Below are positions 18,178 to 26,440 of a DNA stretch of 64,000 nt, piece by piece. The notes under the pieces were generated by a model. The model was not told where the DNA came from. It did not search any database and saw nothing but the letters and a program-made list of their open reading frames with translations. The translations under genes were made by a program, and so were the position numbers. This stretch comes from Myxococcota bacterium (lineage in GTDB: Bacteria > Myxococcota > XYA12-FULL-58-9 > JALHOP01): contig JBGGMJ010000082.1 of assembly GCA_041288095.1 (NCBI GenBank), positions 16,349 to 80,348 of the forward strand. Direction: 5' to 3'. The first letter of the stretch is position 1, and each line of letters begins with the position of its first letter.

Positions 18178-19203
18178 TTATTCGCCCGGCGCGTGGATAC
18201 CGTGACGCCGCAGCAAGTCGGCAAGGTGACCTCGGTCCATGTCGGCGAGCCTTGCCGCCTTCGAGACGTTGCCGTGACAGTGCTCGTAGAGCTGCTTCAA
18301 GTAGCTGCGCTCGAAGTACGAGATCACCGCGGCGCGCGCTTTGTTGTAGCTGACGATGGCGCCCTCTTCCGTGGTGTTGGCGACGGGGTCCGGCACCGTC
18401 CACACCACGCTCGGATTCTCGAGCGCCGCGATGTGGTCGAAGACACCGTCGTCGCCCATGGTCACCGCGGCGTCGACGAGGTTGCGCAGCTCGCGAACGT
18501 TGCCCGGCCAGGAGTAGCCGAGCATCCGCTCCACCGTATCGTCCGGCACCAACCGCTCTAGCGGACCGGTGTACCCAGCGCGCCGCGCGAAGTGACGGAT
18601 GAGCACCGGAATATCCTCGGGGCGGTCGCGCAGCGCCGGTGTTTGCAGCACGACGATGGCGAGGCGGTGATAGAGGTCTAGACGGAAGGTCTGCTTGCTG
18701 ACGTCGGTGCGCAGGTTGCGGTTCGTCGCCGAGACGATGCGGGCCCGCAGTGCGATGTCGGTGTTGCCACCGATTCGCCGGAAGCTGCCGCGCTCGAGCA
18801 CGCCGAGGAGCATCGCCTGCGACGCCGGCGGTAGCTCGCCGATCTCGTCGAGGAATACGGTGCCGTCACCCGCTTGCTCGAACGCGCCCGGGTGTCTGTC
18901 CACCGCGCCGGTGAAGGCGCCGCGCTCGTGGCCGAACAGCTCGCTACCGATCAGTGTCGGCGATAGCGAACCGCAATCGACGACCACGAACGGCTTGGCG
19001 GCCCGAGGGCTGAGCTCGTGAATAGCGCGTGCCACCAGCTCCTTGCCCGTGCCGGACTCGCCAGTGACCAGGATGGGGACCGATGCGCGCGCGCCCTTCT
19101 CGATGAGCGCGTGCAGGCGCTGCACTTGGGCGGAAACGCCCTTCAGACCCGCGAGCTCGGGGCGAGGTATCGTACATGCAGCCAATTCTACAGCGCGGCT
19201 CAT
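18178..19203 (-). CDS. sigma54 enhancer-binding protein with no N-terminal regulatory domain
   Basis: GESGTGKE, GAFTGA, FLDEIGE, WPGNVREL and Fis HTH; only about 18 aa precede the AAA+ domain; GAGG RBS at ATG 19203. Confidence 0.9.
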   Translation of the reverse strand: MSRAVELAACTIPRPELAGLKGVSAQVQRLHALIEKGARASVPILVTGESGTGKELVARAIHELSPRAAKPFVVVDCGSLSPTLIGSELFGHERGAFTGAVDRHPGAFEQAGDGTVFLDEIGELPPASQAMLLGVLERGSFRRIGGNTDIALRARIVSATNRNLRTDVSKQTFRLDLYHRLAIVVLQTPALRDRPEDIPVLIRHFARRAGYTGPLERLVPDDTVERMLGYSWPGNVRELRNLVDAAVTMGDDGVFDHIAALENPSVVWTVPDPVANTTEEGAIVSYNKARAAVISYFERSYLKQLYEHCHGNVSKAARLADMDRGHLADLLRRHGIHAPGE

Positions 19204-19237
19204 GCCTCGTCCCTCACGCCGAAGGTTACGGTGCCTA

Positions 19238-20176
19238 TCAGCCACTGATCTTGCGCACGACCGCCATAGCGGTGTCGTGCAGGACTTTGGAAATGTTCGA
19301 CATCATCTGCAGCGTCTGCTGCTGCTTTTGCAGCATGTTCTGCAGATCGACATTCGCTAGCTGCGCATCGTCACCAACGGAGTTGAGCTGTGATTCCAGA
19401 TCGTCGATGAACCCGCTGAGCTCTTCCTTCGTTGGCCAAAGGTCGAGTCCGACTTTGTCCTCTCTGATCGGGACCAACCTACCCTCGGCATCGAGCTGCG
19501 GGATGGAAGCCCACCGTGACACGGCTTCGGCCGCACCTGGGTAGCGCGGCAGCCCAAAGTTGGGGTTCGGCCGCCGAACGCCGTCGGCACCGACGATAGA
19601 ACGATCCATATCGATGGCATCGAGCGGGAACTTGATGGGATTGTTTGCGTTTTCGCCGTCTTCGGGCGCCCCGGCGTTGTCCGACAGGGCCTTGCGCAGG
19701 CCGGTGATGTCGGTGCGGATCTTCTTCTTGAGGTCGTTATAAAAGGCGACCTTCTGGGCGTAAAAGTTCAGGTCTTCGGTGCTCGAAAGGTACGACTCGC
19801 GCAGCACCTGCTGGACGAGATCGTTCACGTCGCGCGTTCCCTTCACGCCCAGACGGCCGACGAGCGCGGCGAAGTCATCCCGTGTGGTTTGATCGACCAC
19901 AGCTGCGGTCGCGAGGCCCGCGGCGAACGCGCGAACTTCCCCGTCGCGGCCAAGCGCGGGCGGGTGAACGTCCGTGGTGCTCAGGCCATCCACCCGCGCT
20001 TGCGTCCGCACAAGCGCCAGCGACACAGGCGCGCGTTGCTCGTGGTCGACGGAGGCCGGGAGGGACGGCAGCTCACCCGTGTCCGGGATAGCGGTCTGCT
20101 CGCGAGCCGAGCCACCAACCTGCGACACGGAGCTGACCAAGCGAGACGAACGGGTAGATTGGACCTGCGACAGCAT
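19238..20176 (-). CDS. Putative type III-secreted filament/tip-like protein (EspA/Bsp22-like C-terminal helix)
   Basis: Strong GAGGAGG RBS at ATG 20176; Ser/Thr/Gln-rich N-terminus without signal peptide; C-terminus LNSVGDDAQLANVDLQNMLQKQQQTLQMMSNISKVLHDTAMAVVRKISG. The family call comes from remembered sequence pattern only. Confidence 0.55.
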   Translation of the reverse strand: MLSQVQSTRSSRLVSSVSQVGGSAREQTAIPDTGELPSLPASVDHEQRAPVSLALVRTQARVDGLSTTDVHPPALGRDGEVRAFAAGLATAAVVDQTTRDDFAALVGRLGVKGTRDVNDLVQQVLRESYLSSTEDLNFYAQKVAFYNDLKKKIRTDITGLRKALSDNAGAPEDGENANNPIKFPLDAIDMDRSIVGADGVRRPNPNFGLPRYPGAAEAVSRWASIPQLDAEGRLVPIREDKVGLDLWPTKEELSGFIDDLESQLNSVGDDAQLANVDLQNMLQKQQQTLQMMSNISKVLHDTAMAVVRKISG

Positions 20177-20379
20177 GGTGCCTCCTCGAGCAAACGGGGT
20201 TTGTACGAAGGGGCACTGCAGGGGTTGGGCCGTCGGACATTTCCGTTGAGATTCCGCGTTCGTGCGAGAAACCAGCCTCTCTGTTGCTGGGTCGACCCAC
20301 CAGGGTCGCTGCCGCATGTTTCATGGCTCGACGCCGCTTCCTTGGCCTCGACTCGGCGTCGTCGAGCGTAGAGTGCTCC

Positions 20380-21705
20380 ATGCGCAAGCTCCCCTTCGTC
20401 GTCCTCGTAGCGAGCGTGACCGCGTGCGGTGCGCCCGAAGGAGACAATCTCTCGTCCTGGGCAGTGCGGCTCACGAACGCGTCGCCGTCCGCATCGCAAG
20501 CCCAGGTGATCGCGGATCGCATCGGCTCGACCGATCCACTCGACGCGGCCTGGGGAGCCTACCTGGCCGGCGATTTGGGCCTGACCTCTATGGCGGACGC
20601 ACTCGTCGGGCTCACGCGGGACGGCCCCCTGCTTCGGGGCGCGGCGCTCGACGCGCTGGCTCGAGTCGGTGGCAGCATGCCCGATGCACGCCTGCGAGAG
20701 CTCATGCCGTTGGACCCAATGACCGCGATGGCGGTCGCGCTGCAAGAGCCGGCGGCGCATCGCGACCTCATCTTCGATGCCTTCGTGACCGCGCACGACA
20801 CGCTGCCTGAAACCGTCGGCGACATGTTGGCCTCGTCGGATCTCGCGACCTGGCGGGCCTACGCCAACGCCCTTGGCTGGCTCCGCGACCGTGAATTCGC
20901 GGCGACCCTGCTGGCCAGCCTCGAAACGTCGATCGATGTCGAGGTCGTTTCACCCGGCGATTTCATCGCTGGCTTCGGCTGCCGATGCGGTGGAGCGTTC
21001 GGCTCGTCCTGTCACGGCTTTGGCTACCAGCCCTTCACCGCCCTGCCTCCAGTCGGTACGTGGAGCATCCGCGAGGCGAATGACGACGCCTGCGTCGTAC
21101 TCCTCCCCGGTCCGACTGACGTGTGTCTTGCGCGCGTCGAGGGGCGCTTCCAGGAGAGCGTGCGCGAGCGCGCCCTCGGAGGCTTACCTCTGCGTCACTG
21201 GGTGAGCAGCATCGGTCACGACGCGGCACTGGCGGCCGTGGATGACTACGGCGAGGACGACGGCGAGCTGCTCGACCCGCAAGCACCCGAGGAGGTGGAG
21301 GCAGTCGACGAGAACGATTTCGACGGCGCCGGTGAGCCCGAGTCTCCCAGCCCGGAGACGCGCGAAGCCTGCCCGGCCGACGCCACCATCGCGGACGGAA
21401 AGCTCGACGCGGTGGAGAGCCCTTTGAACGACGAGCTGCTCGCGTACCTCTCGGCACTCCAAGGTGAATCGCTCCGTTTCGACGGACGGTTGTCGGTCCG
21501 CCACGTCTGGACCGGCGAAGAGGCCTACCGCGCGCGGGTGGAGAGCCTGCGCGACCGGATTCGCGCGGCGCACGCCACGCTCGGGCGAGCGCTAGCCGAC
21601 GCCTATCTGCTACCCGACGGCTATCACTCGATGGCCCCATCCATTCAGGTGTTCGCGACGGACGAACGCACCTGTGGCGCGACCTCGACGTTGCCCCGCC
21701 TCTGA
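20380..21705 (+). CDS. Hypothetical lipoprotein
   Basis: Lipobox VASVTAC after a basic N-terminus; HEAT-like helices, a CRCGG...SCHG Cys cluster and an acidic low-complexity linker; start moved to ATG 20380. Confidence 0.72.
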   Translation: MRKLPFVVLVASVTACGAPEGDNLSSWAVRLTNASPSASQAQVIADRIGSTDPLDAAWGAYLAGDLGLTSMADALVGLTRDGPLLRGAALDALARVGGSMPDARLRELMPLDPMTAMAVALQEPAAHRDLIFDAFVTAHDTLPETVGDMLASSDLATWRAYANALGWLRDREFAATLLASLETSIDVEVVSPGDFIAGFGCRCGGAFGSSCHGFGYQPFTALPPVGTWSIREANDDACVVLLPGPTDVCLARVEGRFQESVRERALGGLPLRHWVSSIGHDAALAAVDDYGEDDGELLDPQAPEEVEAVDENDFDGAGEPESPSPETREACPADATIADGKLDAVESPLNDELLAYLSALQGESLRFDGRLSVRHVWTGEEAYRARVESLRDRIRAAHATLGRALADAYLLPDGYHSMAPSIQVFATDERTCGATSTLPRL

Positions 21706-21733
21706 GAGCGCCAACCGATCACCGGCGAGAACC

Positions 21734-21760
21734 CGAACACGCTGCGCGAGCGGCCGATAA
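21734..21760 (+). promoter_or_regulatory. Putative sigma28/FliA-like promoter
   Basis: CGAAC-N14-GCCGATAA; the -10 is identical to the canonical sigma28 GCCGATAA. Confidence 0.6.
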
Positions 21761-21784
21761 GGAAGGCCAAGAACGGAGCATCCG

Positions 21785-22321
21785 ATGTTGACGAGTATTG
21801 CCAGAAACCGTGACCTCACCGAAGAAGCCCTCACCGCCGCGGCGTTCGAAGCCCACGACAAGCGCCTGCTCGGCACGCAAGAGGTCAATCAGCTCATTCG
21901 TGGCCGGGCGACTCCGGCCGTCCTTCAAAGCGCGAAGCTTGCCCTCGCCGCGAACGAGAAGCTCGCCGCCATGACCGCGCCGGGGGCTCCGGACAGCAGC
22001 GCCACGCTGCAGGCGGCCGCCATCGGGTTCATCGGGCCGAAGGATTTCGCCGTCACCGTCACGGGCGACAAGGTCGAGGCGGCGAGCAATCGCAACGACG
22101 TCACCAAGTTCCTGTTCATCACGCGCACGAACACCAGCTCCCTCCAGATCGAGACGTCCCGCGCCGACGCGCACGCCGCGGCGACCACGGCCGTCGCCGC
22201 CGCCAAGCGTGTGGTTGGGGCCATCGAGGGGCAGCTCGCGGCCCAGGTCGGCGTCGAGACCGCGCTCTACGGCGTGATGGCGCGCACCGAGTCGTTGATC
22301 GAGCGCATCAAGGGGTTCTGA
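21785..22321 (+). CDS. Orphan helical protein, paralog B (pair with 17642..18175)
   Basis: ACGGAG RBS; shares several motifs with 17642 and is almost the same length (178 vs 177 aa). Confidence 0.78.
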   Translation: MLTSIARNRDLTEEALTAAAFEAHDKRLLGTQEVNQLIRGRATPAVLQSAKLALAANEKLAAMTAPGAPDSSATLQAAAIGFIGPKDFAVTVTGDKVEAASNRNDVTKFLFITRTNTSSLQIETSRADAHAAATTAVAAAKRVVGAIEGQLAAQVGVETALYGVMARTESLIERIKGF

Positions 22322-22327
22322 TGTGCT

Positions 22328-23977
22328 CTAGACGCTGATCGCGCCTTTGCGGAACTCCGAGGCACCGATCTCGACGTTCACGACCGCCGGCAACGGCGAA
22401 GCGAAAGCGCGCTGTAACGCCGCGTCGATGTCCTTGGCGCGCGTCACGTGCTCGCCGTGGCAGCCGAGTCCCTGCGCGACGATGTCGTAACGGGTCTTGG
22501 CGAGCCCGGTGGCGACCGCGCGCTCCTCGCCGTACATGTCGATCTGGCCACGGCGGATCTGCGTCCAGGCGCCGTCGTTGCCGATGATGCACGTCACTTT
22601 GATGCCCTGACGCGCCATGGCTTCGAACTCGAAGCCGTTCAGGCCGAAGGAGCCGTCGCCCGATACGAGCACCACGTTGTGATCGGGCTTCGCGAGCTTG
22701 GCCGCCATAGCGTACCCTGGACCGACACCCAGGGTGCCCAGCGGACCCGGGTCCATCCACGAACCAACGCCGTTCACGTCGAGGATGTAGGCCGCGGTCG
22801 CGACGAAGTCGCCGCCATCGCCGACGACGATGGCCTTCTCACCCAGGTGCGCGTTCAACCGCGAGCACAGGTACATGGGATTGATCGGGTCACCGCTGTT
22901 CGTAAGCTCGGCCTTGTCCTTGCCGACGCGGCGCGCTTCGGCCTCGCGCATGGTGGCAAGCCAGGCCGACCGGTCGCTGCCCTTCCCGGCGAGCCGCGTT
23001 GCCAAGCCTTCGAGCACGAGCCCGGTGTCGCCGACGATGCCGATGTCGACTCGCCGATTGCGGCCAATCTCGCCGCCGTCGAGGTCGACCTGGATGAGCT
23101 TCACGTCCTTGCCGATGGCCTCACCGTAGCCCAGACGGAAATCGAGCGGCGTCCCGAAGATGACGACGACGTCGGCCTGCGCCAGCGCGTCCTTGCGCGA
23201 GCGTGTGAAGCGGCACGGGTCACCGACAGGCATTGCACCGCGCGCCATGCCGTTCACGAAGGCCGGCATCGGCGACGCTTTCAGGAAAGCCGCGAGCGCC
23301 TCACGCTTGTGCGACCAGCGCCACTGCGAGCCGACGATGAGCATCGGCTTCGCGGCGCCGCGAATCGCCTCGGCGGCGCGGTCGAGCATCGCCGGATCGC
23401 CCGCCGTCTTGGCCTCGGTGCGGTATCCGTCATAACGGATGACGTCGTTCTCGTCGGCGCCCATGATCAGGATATCGAGCGGCATCTCGAGAAATACAGG
23501 GCCAGGGACGCCGGTGGTGGCGACGCGGAACGCGGTCTGGATGTATTCGCCGAGTCGGCGGGTCTCGGGGACCGACACCGACCACTTGGTGATCGGCCGC
23601 ATGAGCTCGACGTGATTCATGTCCTGCAGCGACCCACGGTCTTGGCCGCCGAACTGCGAAAGCATGCGGGCACCCTGACCGCCGATGAGCACCATGGGAA
23701 CCTGAGCACGCTGCGCGTTCGCTACAGCGGTCACGGCATCGGTCACGCCGGGACCCGCGGTCACCGCCGCGACACCCGGTTGCCCGGTGGCGCGCGCCCA
23801 GCCGTCGGCCGCGTGCGCCGCGCTCTGCTCGTGACGCGTATCGATGACGCGGATGCCGTGCGAGAGGCAGCCGTCGTAGATCATCTGAATGTGCCCGCCG
23901 CACAGCGTGAAAAGGTGCGAGACTTTTTCGGCGGCGAGGGCCTGGGCAACGATGTGGCCGCCTTGCAAGAACGCCAT
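22328..23977 (-). CDS. ThDP-dependent enzyme, acetolactate synthase-like / 2-hydroxyacyl-CoA lyase (ILVBL/HACL-like)
   Basis: FTLCGGHI, RHEQSAAHAADG, TAGPG and ThDP motif GDGSFG...N; MDPGPLGTLGVG is typical of the ILVBL/Oxc/HACL group. Confidence 0.88.
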   Translation of the reverse strand: MAFLQGGHIVAQALAAEKVSHLFTLCGGHIQMIYDGCLSHGIRVIDTRHEQSAAHAADGWARATGQPGVAAVTAGPGVTDAVTAVANAQRAQVPMVLIGGQGARMLSQFGGQDRGSLQDMNHVELMRPITKWSVSVPETRRLGEYIQTAFRVATTGVPGPVFLEMPLDILIMGADENDVIRYDGYRTEAKTAGDPAMLDRAAEAIRGAAKPMLIVGSQWRWSHKREALAAFLKASPMPAFVNGMARGAMPVGDPCRFTRSRKDALAQADVVVIFGTPLDFRLGYGEAIGKDVKLIQVDLDGGEIGRNRRVDIGIVGDTGLVLEGLATRLAGKGSDRSAWLATMREAEARRVGKDKAELTNSGDPINPMYLCSRLNAHLGEKAIVVGDGGDFVATAAYILDVNGVGSWMDPGPLGTLGVGPGYAMAAKLAKPDHNVVLVSGDGSFGLNGFEFEAMARQGIKVTCIIGNDGAWTQIRRGQIDMYGEERAVATGLAKTRYDIVAQGLGCHGEHVTRAKDIDAALQRAFASPLPAVVNVEIGASEFRKGAISV

Positions 23978-23996
23978 AGCGGATTCCCCCGGGGTG

Positions 23997-24737
23997 TTAC
24001 GCTGCTTGCGGAATCGGCGGCTTCTGCCTCAGCTGCCGCAAGTACTTCACGATGGTCCAGATGTTGAGCGCGCCCACCAAGAAGAAGACCACGACAACGA
24101 CGAGCAAGGTCCCCTGGCCCTCGCCCGGCCGGACTCCGACCTGGATGATGCGCATGTTGGGGCGCTCTTCGGTGAAGAACTTCGCCTGGTAGCTCGCCAA
24201 GAGCTCCTCGTAGGCACGCTCGAGCTTCGGATCGACGGCGCGGCCGGTAACGGTCAGCTGCGTGACCAGGCCGTACTTCGAGGCGTCCGGCTCGGTCTCG
24301 ATGAACACGCCGCGGGACCCGAGCAAGCGGAAGTACCAGAACTCGGCCTTGGTGAAGTTCAGGCCGCGAACGATCTTCTGCTGCATGCCGCGGTGCTCGG
24401 TGATGCCGGTGACCTTCACGTACGCGTTGTGCGGGATCTTCGAGGGATCCATCTCGGCGACATCGCCCAGCACCATCGGCTCTTCCGGTCCGGTCACCAT
24501 GTAGACGACGAGGTCGCGATAGCCCCAAAGGAACCAGCCGCAGACGCCGAAGAACAGCGTCGCGAAGAGGATCTGGCGAGCTCCGCGCGAGCGCATGGCG
24601 CGGTAGCGCTCCATCTGCTCCTCGAGGCTCTCCGGCAAAGAATCGATGTCGATGTGCTTCGCCGGCTTGGCGGTGCTGTCGAAGTAGTCGAACTCCTTCA
24701 TCGAGGGATTCGTTGGCGGCGGCTTGGACTGGGACAT
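23997..24737 (-). CDS. Hypothetical membrane protein (two TM helices flanking an OB-like soluble domain)
   Basis: TM segments ILFATLFFGVCGWFLWG and TLLVVVVVFFLVGALNIW; 19-nt gap to the ThDP gene. Confidence 0.75.
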   Translation of the reverse strand: MSQSKPPPTNPSMKEFDYFDSTAKPAKHIDIDSLPESLEEQMERYRAMRSRGARQILFATLFFGVCGWFLWGYRDLVVYMVTGPEEPMVLGDVAEMDPSKIPHNAYVKVTGITEHRGMQQKIVRGLNFTKAEFWYFRLLGSRGVFIETEPDASKYGLVTQLTVTGRAVDPKLERAYEELLASYQAKFFTEERPNMRIIQVGVRPGEGQGTLLVVVVVFFLVGALNIWTIVKYLRQLRQKPPIPQAA

Positions 24738-24776
24738 GCCGGCGCAGCCTGCCTCAATGTCTCGCGCGTTTCAAAC

Positions 24777-24804
24777 GCAACACAGAGGGCCGTGCACCCG
24801 AAAA
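24777..24804 (+). promoter_or_regulatory. Putative sigma28/FliA-like promoter
   Basis: GCAAC-N15-CCCGAAAA upstream of orphan 24839. Confidence 0.4.
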
Positions 24805-24838
24805 TGAGGACCGAAGCGCGCTAACGCCGAGGTTCACG

Positions 24839-25366
24839 ATGGTGACGTTTTTTCCTCTCAATGACCGAGCTCACCTCTGCAACGTCGCCGACCAGCTAGC
24901 CAAGTCCCGGACTTCGCTCGACGATCCAAGCAAGCTTGCCATCATCCTCACCAAGGGCGGCAAGGTCGTGGTGGCCGGAGCAGACGCCCCCAGCCGGCCT
25001 GGCCGCGTCGACTTGCTCGCGGTTGCTCCCGGCGGCACGGAACAGCAGCGCATCATCGGCGAGGTCTACCAGGCCATCAAGGCGCCTCTCTTCTCCCTGG
25101 TCGCAAAGCTCAGCCTCGCGGGCTCCGCTGCTTGCGGCACCGGGGCGCTGCTCGCTCTCATGGAAGGCAACTGGCGTCTCAGCCTCACCCTGGCCGTCGT
25201 CGGGGTGTGGACCGGCGTCCCAGCGGCCTGCGAATACATGAAACAAGTCGCGGTCGGCGAGGGTGCGCGCCGCTCCTTGAAAGCGAACGGCGTCGACCTG
25301 TCGCAGGTCCACCCGGAGCCCGAGTCGAGCTTCGCCGAGGTCCTGGCCCGCTCGAGCGTGCCCTAG
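24839..25366 (+). CDS. Orphan protein with a C-terminal bilobed hydrophobic hairpin
   Basis: GAGG RBS at ATG 24839; hydrophobic stretch LFSLVAKLSLAGSAACGTGALLALMEGNWRLSLTLAVVGVWTGVPAAC; no signal peptide. Confidence 0.65.
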   Translation: MVTFFPLNDRAHLCNVADQLAKSRTSLDDPSKLAIILTKGGKVVVAGADAPSRPGRVDLLAVAPGGTEQQRIIGEVYQAIKAPLFSLVAKLSLAGSAACGTGALLALMEGNWRLSLTLAVVGVWTGVPAACEYMKQVAVGEGARRSLKANGVDLSQVHPEPESSFAEVLARSSVP

Positions 25367-25387
25367 TGAAGCCTCGCCTCGTCCGCT

Positions 25388-25431
25388 AAAAACGAAGCGA
25401 CCCGCGAGGCTCTCTCGAGCGTCGCGGGTCG
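25388..25431 (-). terminator. Intrinsic terminator downstream of cdnL
   Basis: 10-bp perfect stem CGACCCGCGA/TCGCGGGTCG with an A-run on its left (a U-run on the minus strand), between convergent genes. Confidence 0.65.
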
Positions 25432-25480
25432 TCGTGGGTGTCTTGGTGAGCCGCCACCTGGGGCGGCATGCTCGGCGTAT

Positions 25481-25981
25481 TTACTGGTTGAAGATCTTCT
25501 TGAGCTCGTTCTCGACTTCTTCCTCGTCGCAGTTCTTGGCGACCGCGAGCTCTTTGATGAGCAGGCCACGGGCGTTGTCCAAGAGCTTGAGCTCGCAGAA
25601 CGACAGATCCTTGTCGGTCTTGAGCAGATAGAGATCGCGAAGGACTTCCGCCACTTCGAAGACCGAGCCGGTCTTGATCTTCTCCATGTACTCACGGTAC
25701 CGGCGATTCCAGGTCGTGGTGTCGACGCTCAGGTCCTTCTCACGAAGGATCTTGAACACCTTCTCCACCTTGTCCTTGCCAATGACTTCGCGCAGGCCGA
25801 CCTGGCGAACGTTGTTGGTCGGGATCATGATTTTCATCCCGTTATCGAGGATGCGCAGAATGTAGAACTGCTGGTTGGTCCCGGAGATCTCGCGGTTTTC
25901 GATGGCCGTGACTTCACCCACGCCATGGGCTGGGTAAACAGCCTTGTCGCCGACTTTGAAGGTCTGTGCTGTCTGCTGCAT
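25481..25981 (-). CDS. cdnL: CarD/CdnL-family RNA polymerase-binding regulator
   Basis: FKVGDKAVYPAHGVG, IMIP..N...VGLR and TTWNRRYREYMEKIKTGS..EVAEVLRDL; 166 aa with no HMGA tail; AAGGAG RBS. Confidence 0.95.
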   Translation of the reverse strand: MQQTAQTFKVGDKAVYPAHGVGEVTAIENREISGTNQQFYILRILDNGMKIMIPTNNVRQVGLREVIGKDKVEKVFKILREKDLSVDTTTWNRRYREYMEKIKTGSVFEVAEVLRDLYLLKTDKDLSFCELKLLDNARGLLIKELAVAKNCDEEEVENELKKIFNQ

Positions 25982-26224
25982 GCGAGATGTCTCCTTGTAG
26001 GACCCGGCCGGGCTAAACCGGTCTGGGTTTGGCCATCTTCGCTAGCTTTCGGCAATGAGCAGCCCCGAGTCTGCGTCAACGCGACGCGACTCGTCTCTGC
26101 ACACTGGCGACGGCCGTTGAAGGCTGGACCAGATAGCGCCCACTCATGTCCGTGACGTACTGACTAGAGTGGACGCGAAAACTCGAGCGTCGTTGAGGGA
26201 CAGAACCCCCAGGAAAGCGCGCGA

Positions 26225-26254
26225 AATTTAGCACGGATTATCGGTCATCGTCAA
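26225..26254 (-). promoter_or_regulatory. sigma70-type promoter for cdnL
   Basis: Minus-strand TTGACG-N18-TAAATT with an extended TG; a divergent TATAAT lies on the + strand at 26259-26264. Confidence 0.5.
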
Positions 26255-26440
26255 CGCTTATAATGACCCACCAATGACCACCGCTTCGCGCTCGGGAAAC
26301 CCTTATGAATCGCGTTGCTGGCCTAATGAACGCACGGGGACGTTGATAAATTCTGATGATCTTTCGTACGCGATGCCCGGCCGGCCTCGCCCGCGATCAT
26401 CCCTTGCAACGTTGGGGCTGCCGGCGCGAAAACAGGCCCC

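Noticed and set aside
20177-20340. sigma28-like motif upstream of the filament-like gene
   Set aside because: Candidate elements (TCCGACGG, GTCGACCC) lack a correctly spaced AAC element, so this gene is not counted in the motif set.
15420-21785. sigma54 -24/-12 promoters near the two EBP genes
   Set aside because: No convincing TGGCAC-N5-TTGC with correct spacing; near-matches are off by one or lack the TTGC.
25576-25610. CdnL FCELKLL in place of the usual FGERKML
   Set aside because: Two single G-to-T changes could be sequencing error or neutral drift; the W/RR functional patch is intact. Reads or homologs would be needed to decide.
25982-26224. 6S RNA or a named riboswitch in the cdnL leader
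   Set aside because: End-to-end pairing is only partial and I could not match a known consensus by eye; kept only as an unnamed structured leader.
26407-26433. GCAAC-N14-CGCGAAAA upstream of the OMP gene as another motif copy
   Set aside because: The -10 lacks the (C/T)CGA core, and a divergent TATAAT explains expression; a reminder that partial matches arise by chance in GC-rich DNA.
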